A DNA stretch of 63,959 nucleotides, filler included, from Globobulimina sp. (GCA_003354225.1; 26 parts of 26 records of this genome joined end to end with filler, not necessarily neighbours in it); one strand, 5' to 3'; counted from the whole stretch's first letter, positions 22,281 to 34,952 are shown. Notes: generated by a model from the letters alone, not told the origin. Translations and numbers: made by a program.

Positions 22281-24548
22281 TTATCTTCTTCTTCCTCCTC
22301 GCCCTCTACTACCAAAAAATGCACCTCCTCGACCTCTACCACCAAAACCTCGGCCTCTACTCCCAAAACCTCGACCTCTACCACCATAACCTCCTCTTAC
22401 TATAGTCCCTTGATATTGATATCCTCCGTTGTTATTATTCCGATTCTGATTGGATGATTGCAATGGAATAAATTCCACCAACCGAGTATGGCTGATCTGT
22501 TTATTTGCTTTACACGCTTTGTTCACACATCCTTTTGCTCGCAATGTCTCATATCCACAGATTGGTTTTCCAAATGATAAAAATGGTAAATTATCCATGA
22601 TAAAATTGGTTGATAAACGTTTTCTGATTTGTAGATCTCTAAGTTCTTTGGTTAAATGCTTAAAGCACAAAACCGTCGAAAACATGTTCGAATCCAAATA
22701 AGCTAAAATCGTAGGGACCATATTCTGTCCCACATCGTGATAAAATAAATGCAAAAACTCATCATTAAATGTAATCAAATCCCGCAAGATTTCCATCTGT
22801 GTAGTTTGCCAGTCATCGGGTTTAGTGATACTTAACTCTTTCACTTTGTACATGGCAATTTTATTCAACATCGCCAACACCACAGTCCGCGGTATATTGC
22901 TGTCTGGCATTCCAATGACGATGGCATTCAATGTCTGGCCATCATTGGCCGCGCTCAAAAACAATGTCTTCATTGACATGCGATGCGGGGGCTCACGGAC
23001 CCATTTTTTGATTATTTTCTGCGATACACGGCATTTCTTGCCAGTGTTGCTCTTTTTGTTCAGTTCTTTGTCATCGCGGCGTGCCGCGGCTTTCTGCGTT
23101 CGCACCAATGAGTCGTCACTGTCATGCGCCGCGTTGCTATCATTCTCACTGTCACTGTCACTGTCTGGTTTGCTGTCGTCACTGTCACTATCACTGTCAC
23201 TGTCGCTGTCGCTGTCGCTCTCCGTCTCATCGCCCCCGTCATCGTCGCCGCCTCCTTTGGAGTCGTTTTCGGCCACGGCATGGTCATCCCGTCTCTGTGC
23301 GTTGTTTGTGGTGTCCTTTGCCGCCCGCTTTCTGCGTTTCGTACGTCTCTCATTGGCGTACATCATCGCCTTCATGTTCTATGTAGCCGTAACATAACGG
23401 CTCGGATCACTCCGTGTAGGGGGGAACCGAATATAACGTGTATGACAGGTCAGGAACGCTCGGATATTGTATCAAATGTATGAGCGGTCCGTGTATGTAT
23501 CAGCGGGGCAAAAACAGTGTGGCATTCAATGTACGAATGGTAAAATACAATGGGTTTGGCGTACAAATCGAAGGTTTGCATGCCGTCAGATACTAAGGTT
23601 TGCAGTTTGCAGTTTGCAGTTTGCAGTTTGGTTTGGTATACAAACGAAGAGATGGTTCGCATCGTTTTCATAAAAAGGGGATGGTGCAAGAAGGTAAAGA
23701 TAAGGAACAGCGCGCTGTGCGCAACAAACCGCGTATTTACATACTTTGTCATGCTGCTGGTCAGCCGCAGTGACTTTCGATTTTTTCTTTTTCGCCTTTT
23801 TAGGCTCCGCGAACGACACGGTTTTGGCCGCCTTCTTTCGCTGCTTCTTTGCCGCCGCCTTCTTCTTCTTTGGTACGCGAAGCGGCGATGCCTCATCACC
23901 CGCTCTCTTCCGATATTCTCGCGACTTGCTACGGGATCGATTCTCCCGTCGCGCCTTCAAATCCTTGTCCCGCGCCAATGCTCTCTCCTTTGCGGCGGTC
24001 ACATCACTGAGAAACGACCTCGTTTTCCCAAATAAGCCGCCGGATAACTCTTCAAACTCTGTTTTGTCAAACGCCGTATTATAATAACTGCAGAAGGCGC
24101 TGACTGTCACATCCATTAAACGGCGCAATTTCGTCGCCGATGCCCTCCGTGGCACTTTCTTCAAATACTGCTCGACGGCATAGACCGCCTCGTTATACTC
24201 CCTCATTCGCTCCATGTCACGCTTCGGGATCGCCACCTTCTTGGCATCCTTTGCAAACAACTTATTTAACGCGGAGGCGGCATCGGCGTCAATGATATTG
24301 TTCGTATTCGCCTTGTTGCCGACGGACGCGTCCTCCAAATCGATATCATCGTCGCCTTCGTCCTCGGCGTTATCGCTGACGGTGCCTTCCGCTGTGGTTT
24401 GGATGGTCTGCGGGGTATTGGTTGCTTTGCGGCGGGAACTGTTCCTCAACCGCTGTTTAATAGGGATATCTTGGTCGGGGTCACTGGCATCCCCGCCATC
24501 GCTCTCATCGTCATTGTCATTCGCATTCTCGTCCTCGTCCTCGTCCTC
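22281..24548 (-). CDS. Unknown nucleic-acid-binding-like protein (acidic/basic tracts, SD repeat, CCCH-like finger, RGG tail), 5'-partial (intron 23379-23744)
   Basis: A GTATGT...CATAG phase-0 intron joins the 287-aa and 364-aa ORFs in frame. The C-terminus reads ICGYETLRAKGCVNKACKANKQISH followed by GRGRGFG repeats. Confidence 0.55.
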
Positions 24549-25035
24549 NNNNNNNNNNNNNNNNNNNNNNNNNNNNNNNNNNNNNNNNNNNNTTAATTAA
24601 TTAANNNNNNNNNNNNNNNNNNNNNNNNNNNNNNNNNNNNNNNNNNNNTGTCACCCAGCAATTCATTTCTGTACAGACGCAAAGTTCTAAAATCCTGGAA
24701 TTCCTAAAAAACGACAATGATTATGAAAAGAAACTGAGCGACAATGATTTTGACAATTAGTATAATCGTAAATTATAGTTCCTATATGCCCAAACTGCAG
24801 ATCTGCGCTGTTTAAGCTGTTTATTTAATTATGGCATTCAATAATGTCAAGGTAAACGAGATTAGAAAACTTTGTAACTGTGGCAACAACAACAAACAGT
24901 TTTATTCCAACAACAATATGAGCAACAATTGTCTGTTGCAAGAAGAGAATGAATATATCAAATGTTTAGTGTTTGCAAAAAGATTACAAGAGTTATTTTT
25001 AAGTCATCAAACTGTGAATTGTGAAACACTTTAAT

Positions 25036-26649
25036 TTAATACTCTTTTCTCACTCGAAATCCAAGTAAATACATTACAAAAATCATAGCAATCAATGCTC
25101 GAGCTCCATATCTTTGCAATGCTCTACATGGTGCATTTAATGCATTTGTTACTGTATGCGTACCAAATGTTTTAATCACCCACATTTTAAATGGCGTATA
25201 CGGTGGAAACCTCATTTGTATCAATGGACGGAATAAAACAGATTCATCCAACATGGCAGATTTCTCCAAGACTGCTTTTTTATGCGTAAACACATTAAAT
25301 GAATGTTTGCCATGATAACAACCACAGCCACTACTCCCAACACCGCCAAATGGCAACTCATCATTGGCCAAATGCATCACCACATCGTTGACACACATAG
25401 CACCACTGCTGGTTCTTTGTTTCATTTCATTAATGAATTTAGAATCCCGCGCAAAACAATATAACGCCAACGGTTTCCCTGTTTTCAAGTTCCTCACGAA
25501 TTGTATCACTTGCTCGATATTCTTATAACGGATGGCCGGCAACAAAGGTCCAAAAATCTCATCTTGCATCAAAGCGGTTTCATGAAACCCTTCCAAATCA
25601 TCGCCATAATCAAATATTGTCGGAGCAATATATTTTTCTTTGCAGTCCATATCTCCGCCAAAAATAATATTCTTCTCGCCAGCCACCACTAATTTCGATA
25701 GCCGCTCAAAAGCTTTATCATTAATACAACGACCAAACCATTCCGTTTTCTGTGGATTTGCAGTGTAAAACTCCACTATATATTTCTTCAATAATTGTAA
25801 TAATTCCTGTGCAATGTCTTGATGCATCATCAAAAAATCAGGTCGCACGCAAGTTTGCCCACCATTTAAAAACGCGCCCCATACAATTCTGGCCGCTGCA
25901 TGTTTTAAATTGGCAGATTTGTCCACGATTACTGGCGATTTGCCACCTAATTCTAACACAGTGGGCGTTAAATATTTTGCTGCAGCAGCGGCCACAATTT
26001 TGCCTACAAAACCGCTGCCGGTATAAAAAATCACATCAAATCTATTGGCTAATAAGGCTGCAGTCATAGCGCGATTGCCTTCCACCACCACAATGGCTTC
26101 GCGATCGAGATATCTATGCACTAATTTTGCTAAAACATGCGAGGATTCCACTGAGTAGGAACCGGGTTTTATTATACAACAATTGCCGCCGGCAATGGCG
26201 CCCACCGCTGGGACTAAGCTTAACTGCATTGGATAATTCCAGGCCCCCATCACCAAAGCCACGCCCAATGGGTCCTGTTGCGTGTAACTCCATGCTGGGA
26301 TGTTTAAGGCAGAGTTGTTTGTGTAAGTTGGCTGCATTAATTCGGATAAATGTTGAATAAAATATTCACATTCATTTTTAATCATTGCGAGCTCAGTGGA
26401 ATAGGATTCAAACGCGCTTTTATGTAAATCTTTTTTCATTGCGGCGCAAAATTCATCACAACCTTCGTCAAGCATTTTGATGAAATTTTTTAATTGTTGA
26501 ATTCGCCACGCTTTTTTGCTGGTTTTGTCCGAGGCAAACACGCGACGTAAACTTGCCATTAATTGCGGAATGTCTTCTGGTGATAGGTCTGATACTGCGT
26601 CGCTAAATGTATTGGCACCTTTGCCGTATCTGGAGGTTGTTTCTGCCAT
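25036..26649 (-). CDS. Aldehyde dehydrogenase, family 3 (fatty aldehyde dehydrogenase-like)
   Basis: PLGVALVMGAWNYP, YTGS, LELGGKSP, catalytic GQTCVRPD, EIFGP, LPFGGVG, RFPPY, C-terminal hydrophobic anchor. Confidence 0.95.
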   Translation of the reverse strand: MAETTSRYGKGANTFSDAVSDLSPEDIPQLMASLRRVFASDKTSKKAWRIQQLKNFIKMLDEGCDEFCAAMKKDLHKSAFESYSTELAMIKNECEYFIQHLSELMQPTYTNNSALNIPAWSYTQQDPLGVALVMGAWNYPMQLSLVPAVGAIAGGNCCIIKPGSYSVESSHVLAKLVHRYLDREAIVVVEGNRAMTAALLANRFDVIFYTGSGFVGKIVAAAAAKYLTPTVLELGGKSPVIVDKSANLKHAAARIVWGAFLNGGQTCVRPDFLMMHQDIAQELLQLLKKYIVEFYTANPQKTEWFGRCINDKAFERLSKLVVAGEKNIIFGGDMDCKEKYIAPTIFDYGDDLEGFHETALMQDEIFGPLLPAIRYKNIEQVIQFVRNLKTGKPLALYCFARDSKFINEMKQRTSSGAMCVNDVVMHLANDELPFGGVGSSGCGCYHGKHSFNVFTHKKAVLEKSAMLDESVLFRPLIQMRFPPYTPFKMWVIKTFGTHTVTNALNAPCRALQRYGARALIAMIFVMYLLGFRVRKEY

Positions 26650-27112
26650 TCTCTTTTTTATTCACTTGATTTTTGTCACTGAAGTAAGGTCGCGCTCGAA
26701 TTATTTTAGTTGATACTTAAAATATGAACTTATAGCATTCATTCATGCATTGTAGATGATACAAGTTGCACCAATCTTCCTCCTGAGACTCCAAGCGCAG
26801 CCATGTGAATAGTAAATGCTAATCTATATTCTCCTGGAATTACATCATATGCCTTTCCATAATGTGTGCCATTTATACTATACGATAATTCATTTTTTAA
26901 TTAAATTGTTAATGAAGTATTCAAATTTGTTAATAAAAAGACAAATCGGTCGTAGTCATAAGTTGGGATTTAGATCAATTGTGGTAATGATTAACATATC
27001 GTTGGAAAGCTANNNNNNNNNNNNNNNNNNNNNNNNNNNNNNNNNNNNNNNNNNNNTTAATTAATTAANNNNNNNNNNNNNNNNNNNNNNNNNNNNNNNN
27101 NNNNNNNNNNNN

Positions 27113-27580
27113 AGTGTGGATGTGATTTTTTTAGATCCAGAGTGGAATAACGGCGATGATTATAAGCAGACAAATCGAGGACAGATACATTTATTTGATA
27201 TTGGTGGCTTACATTTATATGAAGTGATTGATAATATTTTAACAAAATGGTATGAAAATGTGAAAATTGTTGCGATTAAAGTTGCTAAGAATTATGATCA
27301 AGAATTTATTCATAGGAAATTACAAAAATGTAAGCTGATCGAGGATAAAATGTATAGAGTTGGTGAGGTGGGGTTTCATAATCAGAAATTGATTGTTATT
27401 GTGAAATCATTTGAGAGTGGAAAGGTTGAAGAGGTTGAAGAGGATGAGGATGATGATGTGGATAAGCAAAAACAATCTGGATTGTCGTTCGAGGAAATAT
27501 TTAAGTGTTTGCCAAAAATGATAAACAAAAACAATTTTGGGAATAATAGAGATGTAATTACTGTTAAAGTATTGTCATGA
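27113..27580 (+). CDS. 3' fragment of a TGS1-like SAM-dependent RNA methyltransferase
   Basis: DVIFLDPEW..GDDYK resembles D.IF.DPPWGG..Y; also IAIKVAKNY (K.P.NY). Confidence 0.45.
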   Translation, partial: SVDVIFLDPEWNNGDDYKQTNRGQIHLFDIGGLHLYEVIDNILTKWYENVKIVAIKVAKNYDQEFIHRKLQKCKLIEDKMYRVGEVGFHNQKLIVIVKSFESGKVEEVEEDEDDDVDKQKQSGLSFEEIFKCLPKMINKNNFGNNRDVITVKVLS

Positions 27581-27757
27581 AATCTGGCTTTATCTGGCGT
27601 ATTGTATATGGAAAATAAATATAAAATATTCTGTTTTGTATTTTATTTAGTTTTTTTTTATCAATGTAAATTGTTTATTTATTCGGACGGTCAGTAATTT
27701 TAACTCTGCTTAATATAGTCGTATACACTTTTTACAGAAGCTATTTGCAAATCCAAC

Positions 27758-27803
27758 ACAAAGCTATAGCAAACAGTTTCTGTATAAAAAGTATAGTTGA
27801 ATA
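27758..27803. repeat. Dispersed ~46-bp repeat, copy 2, overlapping an imperfect hairpin 27722-27795
   Basis: Matches the reverse complement of 8063-8108. Locally, tatacactttttacagaagctatttgc pairs imperfectly with gcaaacagtttctgtataaaaagtata. Confidence 0.8.
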
Positions 27804-28042
27804 AAATGTATACAACTTATCGACCAGGGGGTGGTGGTTAGCTGCCAATGTGCCAATTTATTCAATTGTATCAATGACGATAAACAACTCTCTGCCACAT
27901 CAAGCTATGAATTGCAGCATCATTATGATATAGAATAATTCTAAACTTTGTTCAGCGCATTTGTAATTAATTATTATTATGAATCATCTCATAATTAGAC
28001 ACATGCAATTAATTATGTTATACACCGTCTAAAAGTATTGTG

Positions 28043-29044
28043 ATGAAAACATGCAAAAGTACATATACATTTTCTTTGATACCACCAGAAAACAAAAAGC
28101 AGCATAGAATAAATAATTATGATTCATTACCATCACCATCTCGAGTGATATCTGATGTTTTATATACATATCAACAGTCTAAATCTCCTTCAAAACGTAT
28201 TACATTTCAAATAGATCCAACAAAGTCTCATATACTCCAAAAACGTTCAAAAACAGCTCCAACTCCATCTTATTTGTCATTGGATTTATACGGAGTTAAT
28301 CATTTAAAACCCGAGCAACAAAATTCTGAAACTGTTTGCATAGCAAATCTAATATGGGATGGAGTAGAAATACAAAATACAGATTATGTAACACCAAGAC
28401 ATAGTCGATTAAACACTGCAAATTGTTCCAATGATAAATCATTGAAAAATATGATGAAAGTTACTCATTTGAAAACACTCGAAGATGACAATAATAGCCG
28501 AATGGAAATAAAAAGTGTTTCCAAATCACCATATTATTCATTCACTACATATTTAAAAATGTCAACAATGGAGGATTGCACAACAACACATAGTAAAGAA
28601 TTATGTGACTATGAATTATATAGTTTTAATCCTAAACATAATAAAAATGTGACACAAATATTAAAAAAAAAACTTAGTCCAAAAGCATTGTTTAAAATTT
28701 ATCCTACAAAATTATTCAAATTCGACTCACAAATGGATAATATCACTACTTCAAACAACAAAACACAAGAAACTATTTGTAGTGATAAAAATGGTAACTA
28801 TAATTATCAAAGAATAATGCGTATATATTGTAATTGCAAGGATGGAAATGGAAATGACAGAATTGATATTAATGAGTATGAAGCATTTCAATTAAATCGG
28901 AAACAATATTTATCAATTGCAAAAAATGAAAATATGAACATATCAAATAAGAAATCAACGATTAACACTAATAAAATTCCGTATAAAATGCAAACATTAT
29001 CGATGCGAAATGAATGTCTCAAATTTAGAAAAAAGTGGTCTTGA
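28043..29044 (+). CDS. Hypothetical protein
   Basis: 333-codon open frame in very AT-rich DNA; no recognised motif. Confidence 0.35.
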   Translation: MKTCKSTYTFSLIPPENKKQHRINNYDSLPSPSRVISDVLYTYQQSKSPSKRITFQIDPTKSHILQKRSKTAPTPSYLSLDLYGVNHLKPEQQNSETVCIANLIWDGVEIQNTDYVTPRHSRLNTANCSNDKSLKNMMKVTHLKTLEDDNNSRMEIKSVSKSPYYSFTTYLKMSTMEDCTTTHSKELCDYELYSFNPKHNKNVTQILKKKLSPKALFKIYPTKLFKFDSQMDNITTSNNKTQETICSDKNGNYNYQRIMRIYCNCKDGNGNDRIDINEYEAFQLNRKQYLSIAKNENMNISNKKSTINTNKIPYKMQTLSMRNECLKFRKKWS

Positions 29045-29960
29045 CAGTAAAACGTAATATATATTAAGCTCGAGCTGAGTTGGATTTGGTGGTTATTGAA
29101 CTTTCAATCTAGCAAATTTATAAAGTTCTGTACTGAATAAATACCTTTATATCCAATATATTAATATAGTGGTTCTTTGGTGTTAACTTCTTTTGTTGCT
29201 CATTTGGTTCATCTGTATATTAAGAAAGGTGATTTTGGAAGTATTGTTGGCCAGATTACTGTGATTGGTATGATTTATGGTTTTTTTTTAAGGGTTTAGC
29301 CCCGGTCTTGTTTGTGAAAAACAATATTTATTGTTTACGCTTGCTGCTGGTTTTCAATACATAAATCTTCTTCTATTTTAATCCTAATAATTATATAATG
29401 ATAATAGACCATTAATGCTCCAATAATCTATGTTCCTTTTGTTATTGTGAAAGAGCTCCATGCTCCATGTGAACCTNNNNNNNNNNNNNNNNNNNNNNNN
29501 NNNNNNNNNNNNNNNNNNNNTTAATTAATTAANNNNNNNNNNNNNNNNNNNNNNNNNNNNNNNNNNNNNNNNNNNNACAAAATTCTTCTAAAGGGGTATT
29601 ATTGTTAACTGTACGTACATTTGTATGTGTATATATTTAGAATGTGTACAACAACTGTAATTGTCAAAAAAAAAGACATAATTGAAAGTAATTAGTCAGT
29701 TAAGTAACAGTACCATTGAGAGCCCCAGAATCCTTGAATGAATCGTATTGTGTGCAGGTTTTCAATTGACTTAGTCGGCGCATTTGAATATGTCAATTTC
29801 TTTCTCTCTGATTCATCAAAGCAATAAAACTCATCTCTAGCAAATGACACAGTGCTTGACACAAAAATAAATATTATTGCCGCTTTAAAGTGTGCAGACA
29901 TTATTGCGTTGTTTTCAGCAAACTCTTTTCTTAGTTTTCTACCTTAGCTTGTATATTACA

Positions 29961-31574
29961 ATGCCACCAATGCAAGTGACAACAGACCCCGCCCAAAAAC
30001 ACAACAACAATGACACTGCAACAGCATCTATCATAATAGATGGCAACAAAGTAAGATCCTGGCGTCTATTTTGGAGGATATTTGCAGTGTTTTTAGTGAT
30101 AATATTTATAATAATTATTATTATCATAGTAGAGGCAACAAAAGATAAAGCAAACTCGACCTCAACCAATTCACCAACAACATCACCTCTATCTTTTGAG
30201 ACCCCGGCACCAACGTTGCATTATTTAGATACCATTTCGTTGCCATCCGCTGATTTTAATATTGCATATTACGCATCACCCACAACGTCCATCATTAAGC
30301 AACCCCGTGCTTTACGCACAGCCTATCACAACGGAGCTACTTTGGTTTATGTTGGCAGTAAGCAATTTGCTATGGATGCCGCATATGTTATGGTCGACTA
30401 TGAATCAGATGGTGTAAACGATGCAGAATTCATTATATTTGAATCCAGCTCTGTAAATAGCACATATTCCCCTGCTTCATTAGCCTTATCCTTTGATGGC
30501 AACAATGATTTATATATTTCATTGACTGATATGCTGATCAAATGCGATGGCAATGTTCATGCAAAAGTACTCAACTTGACCACTGCTGATCGGCTAACGG
30601 GTTGTAATAAGATATTAGATATACCATTGACTGCAGAAGACGTGTCCAAGAGTTGGAATGTAAGGCGATATATTGGCATATCAACAGCCAATCAGTTATG
30701 TATGGCCAATGGTGTGACGCATGACAGTGTTTCTGACAGTGTTGACATGTCGTTCCCGCACGGCACTATCACTTGTTTCAACGATTTAAGTTCGGCAGCA
30801 ATGTTGAATACAAATATGAGTGATATGAATGATGCCAATATCATTATAAAAGCAGATGGTATTCGTAATTCAGTTGGATTTGATTGGCATCCAGTTAGCA
30901 ATGCATTGTATTTTACGGATAATGGGCGAGATGATGTACACGAACATTATCCTGATGATGAGTTGAATTTTGTTGGTGGTAAAAACCATTTTGGATTCCC
31001 ACATTGCCATTCCTTAGGTTCAGGTTTGTAACGTTCAATGTGTTGGTATTGATATTGATATTTATGTTTGTGTACAGGAGATGTAGCACAGAGAGATATT
31101 AACTGTGCAGAATGGTATCTGGACCCCAATATATCTGATCCTTCGGGTGTTAACTGTTCGCTTTATGTGAATGCATTTCAGCCGTTAGGAGCTCACGTTG
31201 TGCCGTTAGGAATGAGGTTTTATACTGGAAATATGTTCCCGACGGATTATGTGAATGCAATATTTATTGCTGAAAGAGGGAGTGGAAAGAATGACTCATT
31301 TGGGTATAGAATAGCAGTGGTTAAGTTATCTGGGGATGGGACAGAAGTAGTTAATCATGAGATATTTGCAGATGGATGGTATGATTATGACAATAATGTG
31401 GTGAATGGAAGACTTGTGGAGGTTGCTATATTAAACGACGGTTCTTTGTTAATAGGTAATGATGATGGAGATGGAGCAATTTATCGGGTGACATACACAG
31501 GAGATAAAAGCGACCAATTTTTGAATCCAATTGCATCCAATCCAACTTGTGATTTTTCATATGTAAATTTGTAA
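29961..31574 (+). CDS. Membrane-anchored PQQ-dependent sugar/sorbosone dehydrogenase-like beta-propeller (intron 31024-31077)
   Basis: GIRNSVGFDWHP..LYFTDNGRD, PDDELN, HFGFPHC, LGAHVVPLGMRFYTGNMFP, DGSLLI..D...AIYRVTY; one N-terminal TM followed by a Ser/Thr/Pro stalk. Confidence 0.8.
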
Positions 31575-32040
31575 ATTTTAGTTATTATTAATACTGTATA
31601 TATTAAAAGAGAAGCAGTAATCTTAGGGGTTGCTCACCACAATAAATTAGCCTCAATAGTTGTGACTGCAACGTGTGTCTGCACTCTGCAGTGTAAGAGG
31701 TTGTTCTTATATTGCGCAATATAAATTGAGGATAGGTACCACGATATTGCAATTAAGGCTGTCGCAATTAACTCCAAAAGTTGAAGTCCGATCACCACAA
31801 TGAAAATTAGCTCAATAGTTGTGCCTGCAGTGACTAGCGCGAACTTCAGGTAGTATATTTTCACGAAAACGTTTCAGGTTGACATTAACTTGAAACAGGA
31901 AAATTGCTTGATTTGCTTTATTTCCTGAAACAAGAATACGNNNNNNNNNNNNNNNNNNNNNNNNNNNNNNNNNNNNNNNNNNNNTTAATTAATTAANNNN
32001 NNNNNNNNNNNNNNNNNNNNNNNNNNNNNNNNNNNNNNNN

Positions 32041-34404
32041 CATTGTCATTCCAGCACCAGCCATACCAAACTGTGCCAAAAATATTATATTAGAAACGCC
32101 AGACTTTCCCAACTGTAATAACAGCCATAATATGGATGATTCCAACAGTAAACAGAAACGTATTTGTTTCCAAGGCAATGTGATTGATAATCTGCAGACA
32201 GTCGAATCTCAATCGTATTTGCATAGAATCTACGAAATGAACAAAGATGAACAGAATCCGTATTCAAATCTATTGAGACATTTTCCAAAGCGAATGGTCG
32301 GAAATAATGCCTCGCAATATGCGGTTTGGAACAATATAAATGTACCTTCATTGACTTCTTATTTACACTCAAAACAAGAGGAAAGAACACAGGAAACCGA
32401 CTATAACTTATTAAGAATCAGAATGGGGTCCAAAGGAAATGAGTCTGTATATTCACAAAAACAGCAACAACAGCAAGTAATGCATAATAACAATACTAAT
32501 AATACCAATATGTACGACATAATGAGAGATATAATGAAAGAATCGGATACTTATTATTCACAAATGAATAATATGAATATATTTGGAGAGCATAAGGAAT
32601 TGACACCGGTGCCAATAAAGCCAAGCAAGCAGCAAACCATTATTGAGTTAAAAGATGAAGAGCATGGTCGGACATTGCGATTAGATCAAGACATATTGGC
32701 GATAAACCTCGTCCAGCCATGGGCTTATTGCCTCGTGAACAGATTATGTAAAATATTTTGTTTTAAAACTGAATTCGATTCGGATAAATATCCAAATGGA
32801 TATTGGTATGCGATCCGAGTTCATGCCAATAGCAATGTTACTAAACACGTAACTGAAGATTGTGAGTTACTGTCGAGTGTAATGGACGATGTTCCTGTGA
32901 TACAAGATAGTATTCACACTGCACAGCATGGTATGCTTTGTTTATTTCTTACTTAAACTCAAGAAAACTTTACATTTACCTTACTCAAAACATGTCCAGT
33001 GATTGGGTTTGCGCACGTTTATAAGTCGTCGATATTAGCTGATGATGTTAGTAAAATACATCCTGAATTGGTCGATGTGTACGCCAAATGTCATGGTGGA
33101 TTGACGTATTACAAAAAAAAGAATATAATAAGCTTTACTGAAGCTGCGGCAGAAAGTAAATTGCAAGAAATGAGTGTAGACGTAGATGATACCAATAATA
33201 ATAATATTAACAATGAGAACAATGATAATAAGGCGAATGCTGATGAAGTTGTTGTGGATGACAATAAAGAGAAAGATAAAATAGATGATAATTACGATGG
33301 ATATTGGTATGATATTGAACTCGAAGAGAGTCCATTAACCCGATCGACCACCAATACCCCACAGAAAAGAAAGAGGAGAAACCATATCAGACAAAGACAT
33401 TATTGGTTTGTGGACAAAGTGTTTAAAATCAAACCGTATCAAGTTACTGGAACACTTGGTGGCGTCTCGCGTTTTTATAATGTTTCAAAACGGAATTGTA
33501 AACAATCCCTTTTTTTAGGCAAACTACTCTCAAACTACTTATTCAAACAATTGAATCCGAAAAACAATACCAATCCACACATTGATCGACATATTGACCA
33601 AAACATTGAAGATAACGATGCAAAACTGGAGGAATTGCCAGTGGGTGGCCTACATACTGCAATCTGTGACGATGTTGATGTAAATGAAGAGGAGTCAGCA
33701 GAAGAAGATGGTGATAGTTATGCTGACGGTGTTGATGATGGTGGTGTTATTTACATTGATCGGACATTGGGTAAACATGTTGGAATTAAAAGTAAAAAAA
33801 AGAAGAAACTGCACCAAAATAAAAAAATAAATGGTATGTAAATGTGAAAGTATTTTATGATTTGAGTGGATTTCAAATTTTTTTTCTGTTTTTGAGGATG
33901 GCGGAATGTGTTGAATGATTTTACTGTGATTGAAGTGGAGATATCGAGCGATGAAAGAATTGCGTACTCGCACCCGTGCGATATGGATAATTCTTATAAT
34001 TTTGAAAATAGTTTAAATGGACAGGAGAATGCAGGTAATGATGAACCGGCAGTCAAAGGTTTTGAAATGTTCTCAGCGGTGGGAATGATACAACCAATGG
34101 AGAATACAAATTTATTTCAAACTTCTTCAGATTTGAATCCGACATTTAATCAAATGTACGATGTGCGCGCACCGCATATCGATGATAGCTCAGATTCTGA
34201 TTATTTGGGAGATGAAGAAGACTGTGATTTGGAACAGCAACAAACACAAAAAGCAAAGAAGGAGAGTAATATTACGAATATTAATAATGTATCGAAATCG
34301 GTATCGATTCCAAAAACTGAGCACATAAATGATAATAATGATGATGATGAATGTGATGACGATGACGATGACGATATTGATTTAGCAGATATTGAACAGG
34401 AATT
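32041..34404 (+). CDS. Low-complexity protein with a split ASCH/PUA-like domain, internal fragment (introns 32931-32999, 33834-33896)
   Basis: AINLVQPWAYCLV (ALSI.QPWA.LI), IRVHA, VIGF and YWFVDKV..IKPYQVTGTLG follow ASCH motif order. Confidence 0.5.
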
Positions 34405-34504
34405 NNNNNNNNNNNNNNNNNNNNNNNNNNNNNNNNNNNNNNNNNNNNTTAATTAATTAANNNNNNNNNNNNNNNNNNNNNNNNNNNNNNNNNNNNNNNN
34501 NNNN

Positions 34505-34952
34505 CTTCGCCTAATCCGGTGATGGCAGCATTGGCAGTGCGCACATTGGCTTCCACCGCGATAAGCATGCCGAGATAGCCACAGGTGCCCGATAAGATGG
34601 CTCCAATCAAAAACGATAATAAGGTCTTGAGCACGTCCTCGGGCACGGTCACCACGCCGATTAAGACCAACATGAGACAGACATAGATGCAGATAAACAT
34701 ATACTCGCGATTTAAAAATGCTTTTGCGCCAATCTTGATGCTATCTGCGATTTTCACCATTTCCTCGCTGCCTTTGTCAGCTTTGAGCACCCGGAACCAC
34801 GCGAAGTACGCCGCGCAAAATAAACCCATAAAACCAGTAATTAATGGCACGATGACCATGAATATCACGTCATCGAGTTTGTCCACGTTACCAATGCTCT
34901 GCCCATTGGATGGGTCATAGGGAAGGTGCCCTGGTTCGAGCGTTGTTGTCAT
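34505..34952 (-). CDS. Membrane H+/Na+-translocating pyrophosphatase, N-terminal fragment
   Basis: MVKIADSIKIGAKAFLNREY and SFLIGAILSGTCGYLGMLIAVEANVRTANAA. Confidence 0.9.

Noticed and set aside
22825-24600. Many overlapping plus-strand ORFs (SLSLSL, CHCHC, VTVTV)
   Set aside because: Antisense shadows of the GC-rich low-complexity minus-strand gene.
26739-26900. Minus-strand LSYSINGTHYGKAY...EYRLA, SPRY-like 3' remnant
   Set aside because: About 50 codons bounded by an upstream stop with no clear splice acceptor; too little to call.
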